DNA of 64,000 nt from Bdellovibrionales bacterium. Its GTDB lineage: Bacteria; Bdellovibrionota; Bdellovibrionia; Bdellovibrionales; JAGQZY01. Positions 18,561 through 29,404 of the stretch are shown here, piece by piece (within the stretch, counting starts at the first letter, position 1; each line of letters opens with the position of its first letter). Location of the stretch: positions 1,120,001 to 1,184,000 of the forward strand of contig CAXRHT010000002.1 of NCBI GenBank assembly GCA_964230645.1. Reading direction: 5' to 3'. The position numbers and the translations under genes were made by a program. The notes beneath the pieces are model-generated. The model was not told the DNA's origin. It did no database searches and saw nothing but the letters and a program-made list of their open reading frames with translations.

Positions 18561-21314
18561 GTGACCAATACACTAATTTCAGATCCTATGACAGTGATTC
18601 TCTCAAGCCACCCTATTTCCAAGGACTATTTGGAAAAGGCCAAATCTCACCTCGGTGAAAACATCGAAACCATAAGTCTTAGTGAAATTAAGAGGGTGAG
18701 CCTTTGGGGGATATTTAAGCTTTTTCGACAGAAGAAAGAAGAAAAGCTCGTCATCGTTCTAGAAGACCCGTACATGTCGCTAACCCTCCCCGCAATGGAG
18801 ATCTTGGCTTTTTTCAGTCGCTGTAAAAAGCTCTCCATACTTGATCACACTTTTGCGGAAACAAGAATTTCGCGACTGAAGATCTTGGGTCAACTCATTC
18901 GCTACCCCTTTTACACTCTTTTCGGAATTCTCGATGTCATCTACTTTCTTTTCTCCGTATACATTCTCAAAATTCTTCAAAGAGATGATTCCTACGAGTA
19001 TGAGTCAAAAGAACTCTTTTATATAAAATCAAATCTGTGGTTTGGAATTAAGGCCGGAGGTTCTGTAGGGCACGTTGCAGGTGTGATTAACTCCTTCATA
19101 GATCGAGGCTGGAAAACTTATCTGTTCTCAATCTCACCGCCTCAGATGACTAAAAAGGAACTCAACTTTGTTGAAGTGCCGTTTCCGAGACCTTATATAT
19201 ATCCACCAGATATAAATGATATTTCCTACCATCGGATACTACTGAAGAAAATCCGCTCTTTTGGAAAATGCCTTCGCTTCAAGGGGATGATCTATCAAAG
19301 AATGTCGGTCTTTAACTTTTCAGGCGTTATCATTTCAAGAGCTCTAAAGCGCCCCTTGATTCTAGAATATAATGGTTCGGAAGTGTGGATTTCCAAAAAC
19401 TGGGGAAAACCACTTGCTTGGACTCACCTTGCTATGAAAGCTGAGCAAGCTTGCCTAAGACACGCTCATCAAATCGTGACAGTCTCCGATGTTTTAAAGG
19501 ATGAATTGATCGAAAAAGGTATCGAGCCTGAGCGAATAACAGTCTATCCGAACTGTATCGATCCCGAAGTTTACAATGACGAAAATTTTACTGAAGACGA
19601 AATTACCCAGGTTCGAAAAAAATATGAACTTTCACAGGATGATTATGTAGCTACCTTTGTCGGAACCTTCGGTCTCTGGCACGGAGTTGATGTGCTAGCT
19701 CAAGCCATTAAAAAGATCGTAGACACCGACCCGGAGTATTTGATCGAAAACAAAATTAAATTTCTCCTCGTAGGCGATGGCTTCATGATGGCTGAGGTCA
19801 AAGACCTCATCGGCTCTGAAAAATACAAACCCTTTGTCCGTTTTGCTGGTCTCGTTCCTCAAAGTGAGGCGCCCGTTATCCTTGCGGCATCTGATCTTTT
19901 ACTTTCTCCTCATAAACAAAATGCTGACGGCAGTCGCTTTTTCGGATCCCCAACGAAACTTTTTGAATACATGGGGATGCGAAAGCCCATTATTGCCTCA
20001 GACCTTGAACAAATATCAGAAGTTCTTTCCCCATCTGTAAAGTGTACCGCCAAGCCGAGCGATCAAAACGCACTCCAACAGTCTATAGGAGTCTTGGTAA
20101 CGCCCGGGAATGTGACCGAACTAGTGGCCGCCATAAAATGGGTCTCTTCACAACAGAATAACCTCACACACCTCGGCCAGAACGCGAGAGAAAAAGCAAT
20201 TAATCACTTTACGTGGAATCACCATGTAAAACTCATCGAAAACTCGGCCATCAGATATTATTCGAAAAAGGTCGAACACAAAGTCGAATTCTTAAAGATA
20301 AAGAAAGCCTACCAGTCAAAATATTTCCTCATTGGCTCCCTACCTCCTCCCCTTGGAGGAGTTAGTGTCTATGTACAGAGGTACTCAAAGAGGCTACGGC
20401 GTAAGTTTAATCTCGTAAATATAGACTTTAAACGTCTAGGACATATCAAAAGTGCACTATTTCTCTTAAGAATGAATTTTAAACCTAGCAAAAAAATCAT
20501 TCATATGAATTCCGGTAACCTTGCAGCCTTAGGGATCTTATTTTTTAGAATCATTCCCTGCTACGTAAGAGTGCAAGATCACTCGGAACGAAAACTCGAA
20601 AACTATCATTTTGTACAAAGATTCCTTCTAAATCTGTTTTTAAAAAGAGTCGACGAATTGATACTTGTTGGAGAGCACCTAAAGGACTACTACGCTCACC
20701 ATAATATAACCCTCCCGAAAAAAGTAAGAATCAAGCTCACCTTTCTTCCTCCTGACCCTACAGATGAAAAGGCGATTTGGGACAGCTACCCGGCTGATCT
20801 TAAGAAATTTATAACCGAAAAGTCTCCTATCGTTGTGGTTAATGCCTTTAAGATTATATATTACAATGGCATCGACCTATATGGACTCGACATGTCTTTA
20901 GAGCTGATCGATAGGATTAAAGCTGATTATCCAAATATCGGCTTGCTTATAGCCTTGGCTGATCCGTCTGACAGTAATTACGTCGACAGTTTATTATCGG
21001 AAATAAGGACTCGGGGATTGGGCGAAAATACTTATTTTATGATGAACCAACGGATTTTATGGCCAATATTTAAACGATCGGATTTGATGATACGACCTAC
21101 TTCAAGCGATGGGTTCGGAGTCAGCGTGGCCGAGGCTATATATTTCGGTTGCTCAGCAGTCGCAAGTGATGTCTGCGTAAGGCCTGATGGTACTATTTTA
21201 TTTAAATCCAGAGACCATGACGATTTGGAGTCAAAAGTTCGTAAAGAATTAAAACGTTTAAGGATCCAATCACAAACAACCCACCTCAACGGTCTCAAAG
21301 AGATTCATCGATAG
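18561..21314 (+). CDS. Multidomain GT4 (GT-B) glycosyltransferase with two GT modules
   Basis: First module GGSVGHV…FFGSPTKLFEYM; second module LPPPLGGVSVYV…DGFGVSVAEA. Confidence 0.88.
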   Translation: MTNTLISDPMTVILSSHPISKDYLEKAKSHLGENIETISLSEIKRVSLWGIFKLFRQKKEEKLVIVLEDPYMSLTLPAMEILAFFSRCKKLSILDHTFAETRISRLKILGQLIRYPFYTLFGILDVIYFLFSVYILKILQRDDSYEYESKELFYIKSNLWFGIKAGGSVGHVAGVINSFIDRGWKTYLFSISPPQMTKKELNFVEVPFPRPYIYPPDINDISYHRILLKKIRSFGKCLRFKGMIYQRMSVFNFSGVIISRALKRPLILEYNGSEVWISKNWGKPLAWTHLAMKAEQACLRHAHQIVTVSDVLKDELIEKGIEPERITVYPNCIDPEVYNDENFTEDEITQVRKKYELSQDDYVATFVGTFGLWHGVDVLAQAIKKIVDTDPEYLIENKIKFLLVGDGFMMAEVKDLIGSEKYKPFVRFAGLVPQSEAPVILAASDLLLSPHKQNADGSRFFGSPTKLFEYMGMRKPIIASDLEQISEVLSPSVKCTAKPSDQNALQQSIGVLVTPGNVTELVAAIKWVSSQQNNLTHLGQNAREKAINHFTWNHHVKLIENSAIRYYSKKVEHKVEFLKIKKAYQSKYFLIGSLPPPLGGVSVYVQRYSKRLRRKFNLVNIDFKRLGHIKSALFLLRMNFKPSKKIIHMNSGNLAALGILFFRIIPCYVRVQDHSERKLENYHFVQRFLLNLFLKRVDELILVGEHLKDYYAHHNITLPKKVRIKLTFLPPDPTDEKAIWDSYPADLKKFITEKSPIVVVNAFKIIYYNGIDLYGLDMSLELIDRIKADYPNIGLLIALADPSDSNYVDSLLSEIRTRGLGENTYFMMNQRILWPIFKRSDLMIRPTSSDGFGVSVAEAIYFGCSAVASDVCVRPDGTILFKSRDHDDLESKVRKELKRLRIQSQTTHLNGLKEIHR

Positions 21315-22043
21315 GGACCGTTGGCTCCCTTGGAAGCATGCAATATGGGATTATACCCGAACGATCCCCCAAGCTTCCTAATATGATATTTTCACCTTTA
21401 ACTAAAATTAAAGTATTTAATTTATTGGAACCATTTTGGTCTTAATAAGCTCGAGATATTTCACTATTTTATTGCTCGTTTTAAATATAATTATACGAAA
21501 ATCAAACGTTTAATCGCATGCGCAGGCCAATTTAATCAAACCTACCACAAACGTCTGATCTCTGCCCCCCTATTTCCAATTTTAATATTGTGATGAATCT
21601 TCAAGCCTATTGGCTAATATTCAAAAGCTCTGCCCTAATGGCGATACCCGAACCCAGTTCCAATTTTGATATCAGTTCTGCTTAAAGACCCTATTTCAAC
21701 TATAGCCACGATTGTAAGTAATGTTTATGCACGAACTCTATTTAACTTCGGAGACGGCCGAGATCTGGAGTTTTATATGTGAGAGGTTATTTACTCCTGC
21801 TTGACTATATCTTCTGAATTGCTGCCACCGATTACACCCAAAGACAACACCAGCATTGCTAATCATTCTGAGAACACCTCATAACGCGTCTGGACAGAGA
21901 AGGTTCGATAATTTATGTTGCTAAAAAGTGAAAAAGAGCAGCGGTTCAAAAATGACTTTGGATTACTATGTGCTATATGTATCCTCTACCAAATTAAAAA
22001 GTGGGGATTTAGATACCTTTCAAACGGCTCGAGGTTAGGCGCT

Positions 22044-23348
22044 ATGAAAAAAGAACTAATTAACAAATTTGATGAAAAAAGTGCGAAAATTGGCATCGTG
22101 GGCTTAGGTTATGTGGGCCTTCCTCTATTGTTGAGATTTGCTGAAGAAAATTTTGAAGTACTTGGATTCGATATAGATGCTACTAAAATTGAAAAGCTGG
22201 CAGCAGGTAAATCCTATATTAAACATATTCCCGACTCAGAAGTAGCAAAAGTAATTGAGAATTGCGCAAGTGCTACCACAGACTTTTCAAGAGTGTCTGA
22301 AGTGGACGTTATCGTGATTTGTGTCCCGACTCCGTTGACAAAAAATCGGGACCCTGACATGTCTTTTATCATTTCCACAATGAACTCTCTGTCCCCTCAT
22401 CTAAGAAAAGGCCAGCTTATTTCCCTGGAAAGTACTACCTACCCCGGAACAACCGATGAACTCCTAGCGCCGTATTTATACGAACGAGGATTCACACTTG
22501 GAGACGACATCTTTCTTGTCTACAGCCCTGAGAGAGAAGACCCTGGAAACAAAAACTTTTCAACCAGAACAATTCCCAAAGTATGCGGAGGTTATACTGA
22601 ATCTTGCCTAGAAGTAGGCTACCAGCTCTATTCCCAAGTCATCGATAAAGTTCTAAGGGTCAGTTCGACCAAAACAGCTGAAATGACTAAACTTCTGGAA
22701 AATATCCATCGGGCCGTAAACATAGGCTTAGTAAATGAGATGAAAATCGTAGCAGATAAAATGGGCATCGACATTCATGAAGTAGTCCAAGCGGCATCAA
22801 GTAAGCCTTTTGGATTCACACCCTACTATCCCGGCCCAGGATTAGGTGGGCACTGTATCCCAATAGATCCGTTCTATCTAACCTGGAAAGCCAAAGAGTT
22901 TGATATCAGCACCAAATTTATTGAGCTATCTGGAGAAATAAATAGTTCAATGCCAAAGTACGTTGTTAGTAAAATTACCGATGCTTTGAACGAACGACAG
23001 AAACCATTAAAGGGTAGTAAGGTATTGGTCCTGGGAATTGCTTACAAAAAAAATGTAGATGATATGAGAGAAAGTCCAGCCGTGGAGATAATGGAGCAAC
23101 TAAGGGAAAAGGGTGCTGTGGTAGCATATTCTGATCCATTCGTACCGAAGTTTCCAAAGATGCGAGAATATCACTTCGAACTTGAAAGTGTGGTACTTGA
23201 TAGAGAAGTAATTCAACAACAAGACTGTCTTTTAATCGCAACTGATCACGACGACTTTCCTTATCAAGACCTAATTGAAAACGCTCCTCTACTCGTTGAT
23301 ACGAGGGGACGATTTCTCACTCCAAGAGAAAATCTAGTTAAAGCGTGA
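22044..23348 (+). CDS. wbpA: UDP-N-acetyl-D-glucosamine 6-dehydrogenase (WbpA-like nucleotide-sugar dehydrogenase)
   Basis: [62 protein letters not shown] before ATG 22044. Confidence 0.85.
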   Translation: MKKELINKFDEKSAKIGIVGLGYVGLPLLLRFAEENFEVLGFDIDATKIEKLAAGKSYIKHIPDSEVAKVIENCASATTDFSRVSEVDVIVICVPTPLTKNRDPDMSFIISTMNSLSPHLRKGQLISLESTTYPGTTDELLAPYLYERGFTLGDDIFLVYSPEREDPGNKNFSTRTIPKVCGGYTESCLEVGYQLYSQVIDKVLRVSSTKTAEMTKLLENIHRAVNIGLVNEMKIVADKMGIDIHEVVQAASSKPFGFTPYYPGPGLGGHCIPIDPFYLTWKAKEFDISTKFIELSGEINSSMPKYVVSKITDALNERQKPLKGSKVLVLGIAYKKNVDDMRESPAVEIMEQLREKGAVVAYSDPFVPKFPKMREYHFELESVVLDREVIQQQDCLLIATDHDDFPYQDLIENAPLLVDTRGRFLTPRENLVKA

Positions 23349-23449
23349 ACTAACTAAAATTCTTCAGCCCTAAAGACTACCTAAGCAAATGACACCTAAT
23401 ATGATCTGCGGTAGTCGGGGACACGAACCTTATAGAGGAAAAGGACCTT

Positions 23450-25879
23450 TTGAAAGAAAAAAAACAAAAAATAGAACTCCCAAATAACCATCCATCCCAC
23501 CCGATCCTGACAACTGTCATTATTCCGACACTAAATTGCCAGAAAGATATTCAGAAAACGCTTCAATCACTACTAAAACAAGATCTTCACGAACTGCAAA
23601 TTATCATAGTAGATCGTTGTAGCGTGGACCTTACTTGTGCACTTGTAGCCGACTTCGCAAAACAGGATTTAAGGATCTCATTAATAAAGCAACTCAATGA
23701 CAATGGAGAAGCCTACGCTATCAATGAAGCATTGATGAGGGCTAAGGGGAAGTACACAATTGTTATTCGGCCAGGAATAGAGTTTTTCCCAGACTCAACA
23801 AGATCAATAACAAACTTCGCAGATAAAAAACGTTTACTTTTTATATATAGTTTATTTTTTAAAAGAAATTTTGATGATTTCGACTTAAGTGAGTTTGGCA
23901 TCTCTGACAGCAGAAAGCTTTTTTTCATCTTTAAAACTCAGATAATTTTAGAAAAAATTGGCTTCTTGGATAGTGTTAAACTCGGAGCTAAATTAGAGTA
24001 TTTCCTCAGAGCCCGTTCCTCTTTTGGCGAAGAAAAGGTCTGCATCGCTAAAACAGGGCGAAACCCATTCACTTTATTTCTAAGGAAAACTTTGACAAAA
24101 ATGATGGGCCATACGCGAGTAGAATATTTTGTTGACCAGATCTTAAAATCCAACCAGAGTCCACCATTCAAACAATATTTCGAATCATTCCAATCCTGGC
24201 ACAAGGATAATTCGTCTGACAAACTTTTCGTACATTTCCCTCAATCTTCTCGGCCATTTCCCTTAAGAAATATTAAAAACGACTGGCAAGGAGCAGAAGG
24301 AGACTTTCTAAAAGTTGCGATTGTATTATTCAAGTCCTCTGATCTTGTGAGACTAAAGATCATGATCGAGAGCATACTCCCTCAAATAGATATTATAAAC
24401 ATCTGTTTAAATCCTTCTGATCCGATACCCAGTTTTTTAAAAAATCCTAAAATCCAGATTTCTCGACGTGGAGAAACCAACCTCAGAGACCTACCCCCCT
24501 ACCTCCCTTTGGAAAACCAGAGTTCCCCAGGATATTTTTTTTCACTGGCCGATACAGTGAACTATCCACCTAATTACGCAAGCGAAACTATTCTAGCTAT
24601 CGAGAAGTATAATAGGAGAGCTGTGGTAGGTTACGAAGGCATTTTCTTTTCAGAGCTCCAGGAGAAGCGCTCTAACATGGGAACTGTGTGTAAAATTAAT
24701 GACGAAAGTTCTAGTGATAAATTTGTAGCCAGCTTAAGCAATCGTTCTCTAGCTTTCCACTCGGATTTACTAGAAACGCAAGAGTTCATCCAGTTCTCCC
24801 ACCAGTTAGTTAATAGCTCCCATTGGGTAGGTAACGAAAGATCCACTCTTCCATTTGTTTGTTTGAAGAAAGATAAAAACTGGCTCAGAGCTGAGGATAC
24901 TTTTCCCCCTATTTTAGAAAACTATAACAACAACCAAACAATATTAGTAAAACAAGAAAGTCCTGAAACAACCTTGACTAGTAGGAATTTTCTCACAGCT
25001 AAAAACGAGAGCACTTCAAACTTATTCTCTTCAATTCTCAAAAAAACTTCAGAATTTGACGCTATTTTAGCAGGAGTCGACACAGAGGTTGTCCGCCAAA
25101 TTTGTAAAAGGGAAATTATTAGCTTCTCCATTTTAATTAACGGGTGGAACTGTGAAGAGTTCGTTGGAGAATGTATTGGATCCATTTATAATCAAATCCC
25201 AAATTACTTCAATTTTGATCTATATGTCATTGATGATGGCTCAGATGATGGTACTTTTGCCATCTTAGAAAAACTACAGCATAAGTATGGCTTCTACCTT
25301 GACAGGAACTCAGTAAATAGAGGAGCTGCTTTTTCCCGATGGAAGCTAATTAAAGCCGTCAGTAATCCGCAAAGTAAAGTCATACTTTTAGACCTTGACG
25401 ATAGATTAAAACGATACGCACTAAGTATTGTAGCAAGAACCTACCGAGAAAATAAAAATTGTTTACTTACCTACGGGAACTGGGAAAGTCAACACGGTGA
25501 AAAAAACAGTCTGCCCTTTTATAGTGAACATGTTAAAAGAGACAGATCCTATCGTAAAGTGCCCAATTTTCAATGTGCCCCCTTGAGAACCTTTGATTAC
25601 TCTCTAGTTGCAAATGTGAACGAATATGACCTGAAGGACTCCAACGGGAAATGGTTGAAGGTCTGCACAGACGTGGCGATTATGCTACCTTTACTCGAAC
25701 AATGTAAACCAGAGAATATTGCGGAAATTGAGGAGCCCATTTATGTTTACAACAAATATAGGTCAACAAGTACCTTATTAAAATTCGGAAAGGAAAAGAA
25801 AAATGAAGTATTAAAAGACCTTTTTAGTCGAGAACCTAAGAACGATAGATTAGAAGACCTGCCTGATAGTTCTAATTAA
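23450..25879 (+). CDS. Multidomain GT2 glycosyltransferase
   Basis: Degenerate N-terminal GT2 fold (VIIPTLN…IIVDRCSVD); C-terminal GT2 with IDDGSDDGT and LDLDD. Confidence 0.85.
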   Translation: MKEKKQKIELPNNHPSHPILTTVIIPTLNCQKDIQKTLQSLLKQDLHELQIIIVDRCSVDLTCALVADFAKQDLRISLIKQLNDNGEAYAINEALMRAKGKYTIVIRPGIEFFPDSTRSITNFADKKRLLFIYSLFFKRNFDDFDLSEFGISDSRKLFFIFKTQIILEKIGFLDSVKLGAKLEYFLRARSSFGEEKVCIAKTGRNPFTLFLRKTLTKMMGHTRVEYFVDQILKSNQSPPFKQYFESFQSWHKDNSSDKLFVHFPQSSRPFPLRNIKNDWQGAEGDFLKVAIVLFKSSDLVRLKIMIESILPQIDIINICLNPSDPIPSFLKNPKIQISRRGETNLRDLPPYLPLENQSSPGYFFSLADTVNYPPNYASETILAIEKYNRRAVVGYEGIFFSELQEKRSNMGTVCKINDESSSDKFVASLSNRSLAFHSDLLETQEFIQFSHQLVNSSHWVGNERSTLPFVCLKKDKNWLRAEDTFPPILENYNNNQTILVKQESPETTLTSRNFLTAKNESTSNLFSSILKKTSEFDAILAGVDTEVVRQICKREIISFSILINGWNCEEFVGECIGSIYNQIPNYFNFDLYVIDDGSDDGTFAILEKLQHKYGFYLDRNSVNRGAAFSRWKLIKAVSNPQSKVILLDLDDRLKRYALSIVARTYRENKNCLLTYGNWESQHGEKNSLPFYSEHVKRDRSYRKVPNFQCAPLRTFDYSLVANVNEYDLKDSNGKWLKVCTDVAIMLPLLEQCKPENIAEIEEPIYVYNKYRSTSTLLKFGKEKKNEVLKDLFSREPKNDRLEDLPDSSN

Positions 25880-27223
25880 TTTCCTGACGACCCTTTTACC
25901 TAAATTTGGTGCATTTAAAGTTTGAGGCTCGACAGAAGGTTTAGCTGGAAAAGAATTTTTAAGCTTTTCATTCACTTCTTTTTTTAAAATCGAAAAATTG
26001 TCCGGAATTTTATACGCCTCGAGTTTCTCCTCCTCACTTTTCGTCATTACTCCAAGGCTTTTAGACATAAACGACCTAGTTAGCTCTCGATAAGGTGCAA
26101 AAGTTAGTTCCTCTGCCGGTGAGTACCACTTTTCAAGGAAATCACAGTCATGAACCCCCACCTTTTCGGCCAGAAGGTTCATTGATATGTTCGATCCTTC
26201 ATATTTAGAGACAATATACTCAATTACATTCTGATGTTTAATTGGCATCTTCAGTAAATGCTTTTGAGCCTCGGGGATTTCAATCAAACCAACCAAGTCC
26301 TCGTCGGTCACTTTTCCTTTAAGTAAAGCGGTTTCGAGCAGTCTCTTTCTAAAACATTTCCAGCAGTTACGACAAGGACTCATGGCAGTTCCTCTAATAC
26401 AGGATTGTGCCAGATTTCTATATTCACTATTTGCCAACAGCTTGGATGTCCCGACCTCACTTAGGCCTGCAACCGGCCAGTTCATGGGAAGGCCTGCTAT
26501 TTCAAAGCCCTTGAACCATTGCTTATAATGTTGTCGCCCTACATAATCTACATAAAGTCCAGATCCACCTACTCTGTAAGCCGATTCGAGTATCGTTCCA
26601 TAGGCTATACTATTTATATTAAAATGTTCCGAGGTAAGAATAGCTGGAATTGCGTTTGAAACATCTGTAGGGAATCCAATAGGCTTCCGTATAAACTCCA
26701 TGTCGGAGTCTAAAGTTTCAACAGCTCGCCCTTCAGACCTCAAATGAGAAATCGCATGTTTAGCACTTTCTGCGGAATACATACTCTTATGACCATTCGG
26801 GATTGCCATATTCATAAATACTGGCTTTACATTATCTGGCATGGAAAGAAGAGCAGCAAAAGAGTCGACACCTGCACTAAATGCTAGAGCTGGAACTCCG
26901 CTATCATTTACTGGTTTTCGCTCTAAACTACTGTCCACATTGGTGAACTCTAAATTGAAATTCTCAGACACGAAAGAAGCAAAATAGTTACTCACAGGAA
27001 TATTCAGGGTTATCTTTGTTTTCACAAAGGGATTCACTAGCATCAACGCGCAAAGCCCTATTAAGTCTGGATGAAGTCTGGAAGTATTACAAGAAGGTGG
27101 CAACTGAAAAAAACACTCATTTTTAGCCAAACTGACACCTCTTGAGTTGCTCCCCCCTTCTCCGTCTCCAAGAGAAAAAAAGAAGGATACCTTTCTTTCA
27201 TTTTGTTCGAACTGAATTTTCAT
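25850..27223 (-). CDS. DUF6395-like protein; PP-loop (adenine nucleotide alpha-hydrolase) fold with QueC-type Cys4 motif
   Basis: ALAFSAGVDS; PIGFP; SCIRGTAMSPCRNCWKCFRK. Confidence 0.7.
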   Translation of the reverse strand: MKIQFEQNERKVSFFFSLGDGEGGSNSRGVSLAKNECFFQLPPSCNTSRLHPDLIGLCALMLVNPFVKTKITLNIPVSNYFASFVSENFNLEFTNVDSSLERKPVNDSGVPALAFSAGVDSFAALLSMPDNVKPVFMNMAIPNGHKSMYSAESAKHAISHLRSEGRAVETLDSDMEFIRKPIGFPTDVSNAIPAILTSEHFNINSIAYGTILESAYRVGGSGLYVDYVGRQHYKQWFKGFEIAGLPMNWPVAGLSEVGTSKLLANSEYRNLAQSCIRGTAMSPCRNCWKCFRKRLLETALLKGKVTDEDLVGLIEIPEAQKHLLKMPIKHQNVIEYIVSKYEGSNISMNLLAEKVGVHDCDFLEKWYSPAEELTFAPYRELTRSFMSKSLGVMTKSEEEKLEAYKIPDNFSILKKEVNEKLKNSFPAKPSVEPQTLNAPNLGKRVVRKLIRTIRQVF

Positions 27224-27380
27224 AGGTCCTCTAGTTGCATTAATCGAAACATTATTTTTTTTAATTGTAAAATTTAAAACAATTTATGATCAAATATCAT
27301 CTACAAAGCTTTCCGACAGTATTTGTTTTCTAAAAGATTTGAAAATACTATCACCAATAGGCAAAACACCTCGTCTACAA

Positions 27381-29219
27381 TCACCCCCTCCTCTCAAGAC
27401 AACTTTTATGTGCTATTTCTTCACTCCGCGTAGGTTTCAACAATACCTGCTCACACCCGTCCGCGCACCACCCACCGGAACGAGGTCGGCGGATTCTACC
27501 AACCTCGGCATAGTCTTTGTCGAAATTTGCTCCAAAAGCTGTAAGTACAGCTCTCGAAATTTTCCGAGGACCTTTTGGCTCGTAAAGCAACCAAGCATTT
27601 TTCAGAAGATTACAATTGGTAAGCGCAATCGATTTAGCAGCAATGATATTGCTGCCCTTGTACCCTCCAATCATCCATGCTTGGCCTAGGCTTTTCGCGC
27701 TTGTTGCGAAAATAAGTCCAGGGCTATGACCTGTTAAATCTATTATTCCCAAACCAGCTTCAAAACCATTCTCGTACAATGTTTTTTGTGCGCTATAGTA
27801 ATAATTATAGAACTCGCTAGAGAGAAATAATTTTGACCCATTAATAATAATTTCACTTTTTGAACCGTGAATCGACGGTTGCCTGTAGGGGGAGGAAAAT
27901 CCACTGTTTAAAGTAGAAATGGTAAAACAAATTGATAAACCTGTGATTATAAAAATGACTGGCCCCCTCATTAATTGAGGAAGGTGAATTGCTAAAGCAC
28001 ATGATGATGCGCTCCAGAAAATAGCAGCTGGTCCGGCTGCCATCCAATAGTTGGAACCAGTACCGTACACGTATACAGCTGGTAAGCCGAATAGGAATAG
28101 AAATTTGGCAAAATAAATACGCTCGAATAATTTTGACCCACGGAGCAAAACTTGTATAAGGTAGGAACTCGCTGCAAAAAGTGGGAGCAAGATGAAAACT
28201 AATCCTGTGAATTTACTTTTGTCAAATCGAATCCAGTAAAAATCAAATGACAATGCCATAATGGTTAAAGTACCTATTAGTAGTACGAAAACATTAAATC
28301 TAGAGAATAAAGTTCTCAATCTAAGACAACAAAATGAGACGACAAAACCGGCTATGGCAGCGCAACTTAGGTAAAAGATAACTGAAAATCTAAAGTTTGG
28401 AAATTTATCAATTCTGCTAGCCATTGATAAATTATAACCAATGGATTCTTCAACAAATGTCAATCCTCTGGATACTCTCAAAATAAAACTTTGCACAGAA
28501 CCGTCAATAATAATTCCAGACAGCAAAAGGAGACTCGCGCTAACAGCAATAGCAATTATAACATTGAGATATCGTACTTTCTTAAAAAAACAAAGATAGA
28601 CCAAAAACCATAATGCTAATGCTAGAGCACTCGATGGTTTCGCTAAAAAAACAACCGCAGCTCCTAAACCCACTAAAATCCAAGAATATATATTCACGTA
28701 ACTGGACTCGTAAATAGATAGAGCGCCAATAGATACGATTAGAAGGCCCTGGAGACACAGAGTGTTATAACTGGGCGTGGGGAGCCAACCTCCAAAAAGA
28801 AGACTTGCAAGTAAGGATACACATGCTCCACTAAAGGCTAAATTCAATTTAACAAACGTTGATTCCCAAGCAGGAAAAAAACTCGAAAGGCTGAGGACTC
28901 TCCACATCAATAAAGCAGATAAAGCAAAGGTTAACAAAAGAGTACTAACCCTAAGCGCAAAGACGTTGGAACCAACCAATTCAAATAACAACCCATAGAT
29001 AAAAGCAAATTGGGTGACCGACCAACTATACAGCTCAGGATGCGCAATGAAGTTTAGATAAAATCCTTCGTCGGAAATCTCCAAACCAAACTGGCAAAAG
29101 TAGATCGACCTCAAAGTTAGGCAGATGACTGAAACAACGAAGAAACAGGAAAGATAAACCTGCCAATTCTTGGATCGTACAAACTTAAAATAATTTACTT
29201 TTCGCTCGAAAAGGTTCAA
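27381..29219 (-). CDS. Polytopic membrane protein, GT-C-like
   Basis: 612 aa with many TM segments; 'SDEGFY' acidic dyad after TM1; soluble C-terminal domain. Confidence 0.65.
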   Translation of the reverse strand: MNLFERKVNYFKFVRSKNWQVYLSCFFVVSVICLTLRSIYFCQFGLEISDEGFYLNFIAHPELYSWSVTQFAFIYGLLFELVGSNVFALRVSTLLLTFALSALLMWRVLSLSSFFPAWESTFVKLNLAFSGACVSLLASLLFGGWLPTPSYNTLCLQGLLIVSIGALSIYESSYVNIYSWILVGLGAAVVFLAKPSSALALALWFLVYLCFFKKVRYLNVIIAIAVSASLLLLSGIIIDGSVQSFILRVSRGLTFVEESIGYNLSMASRIDKFPNFRFSVIFYLSCAAIAGFVVSFCCLRLRTLFSRFNVFVLLIGTLTIMALSFDFYWIRFDKSKFTGLVFILLPLFAASSYLIQVLLRGSKLFERIYFAKFLFLFGLPAVYVYGTGSNYWMAAGPAAIFWSASSCALAIHLPQLMRGPVIFIITGLSICFTISTLNSGFSSPYRQPSIHGSKSEIIINGSKLFLSSEFYNYYYSAQKTLYENGFEAGLGIIDLTGHSPGLIFATSAKSLGQAWMIGGYKGSNIIAAKSIALTNCNLLKNAWLLYEPKGPRKISRAVLTAFGANFDKDYAEVGRIRRPRSGGWCADGCEQVLLKPTRSEEIAHKSCLERRG

Positions 29220-29404
29220 TTTTTACCTTCCAGCTGAGAATGGCTGAAGATTCTTATACCCGTATACTTTTTCAACTTATCCGAAGGTCGAAAAAAATTT
29301 TACCAAAAAAGTTAAAAATCCCGTATAAAAAACATGAAATAGAACAGAACGTGGACTAAAATAGGGTTCATTCATGTTGTTGCAATGCCGACGATCACGT
29401 AAAT

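Noticed and set aside
23406..23420. ops/JUMPstart-like element (GCGGTAG)
   Set aside because: Only a partial match to GGCGGTAGnnTG, without the flanking JUMPstart sequence, and not at the head of an operon
25850..27223. Bona fide queC or a Qat/Dpd defence system
   Set aside because: About twice the length of QueC, and no queD/queE/folE, dpdA, qatA/B/D or nuclease neighbours
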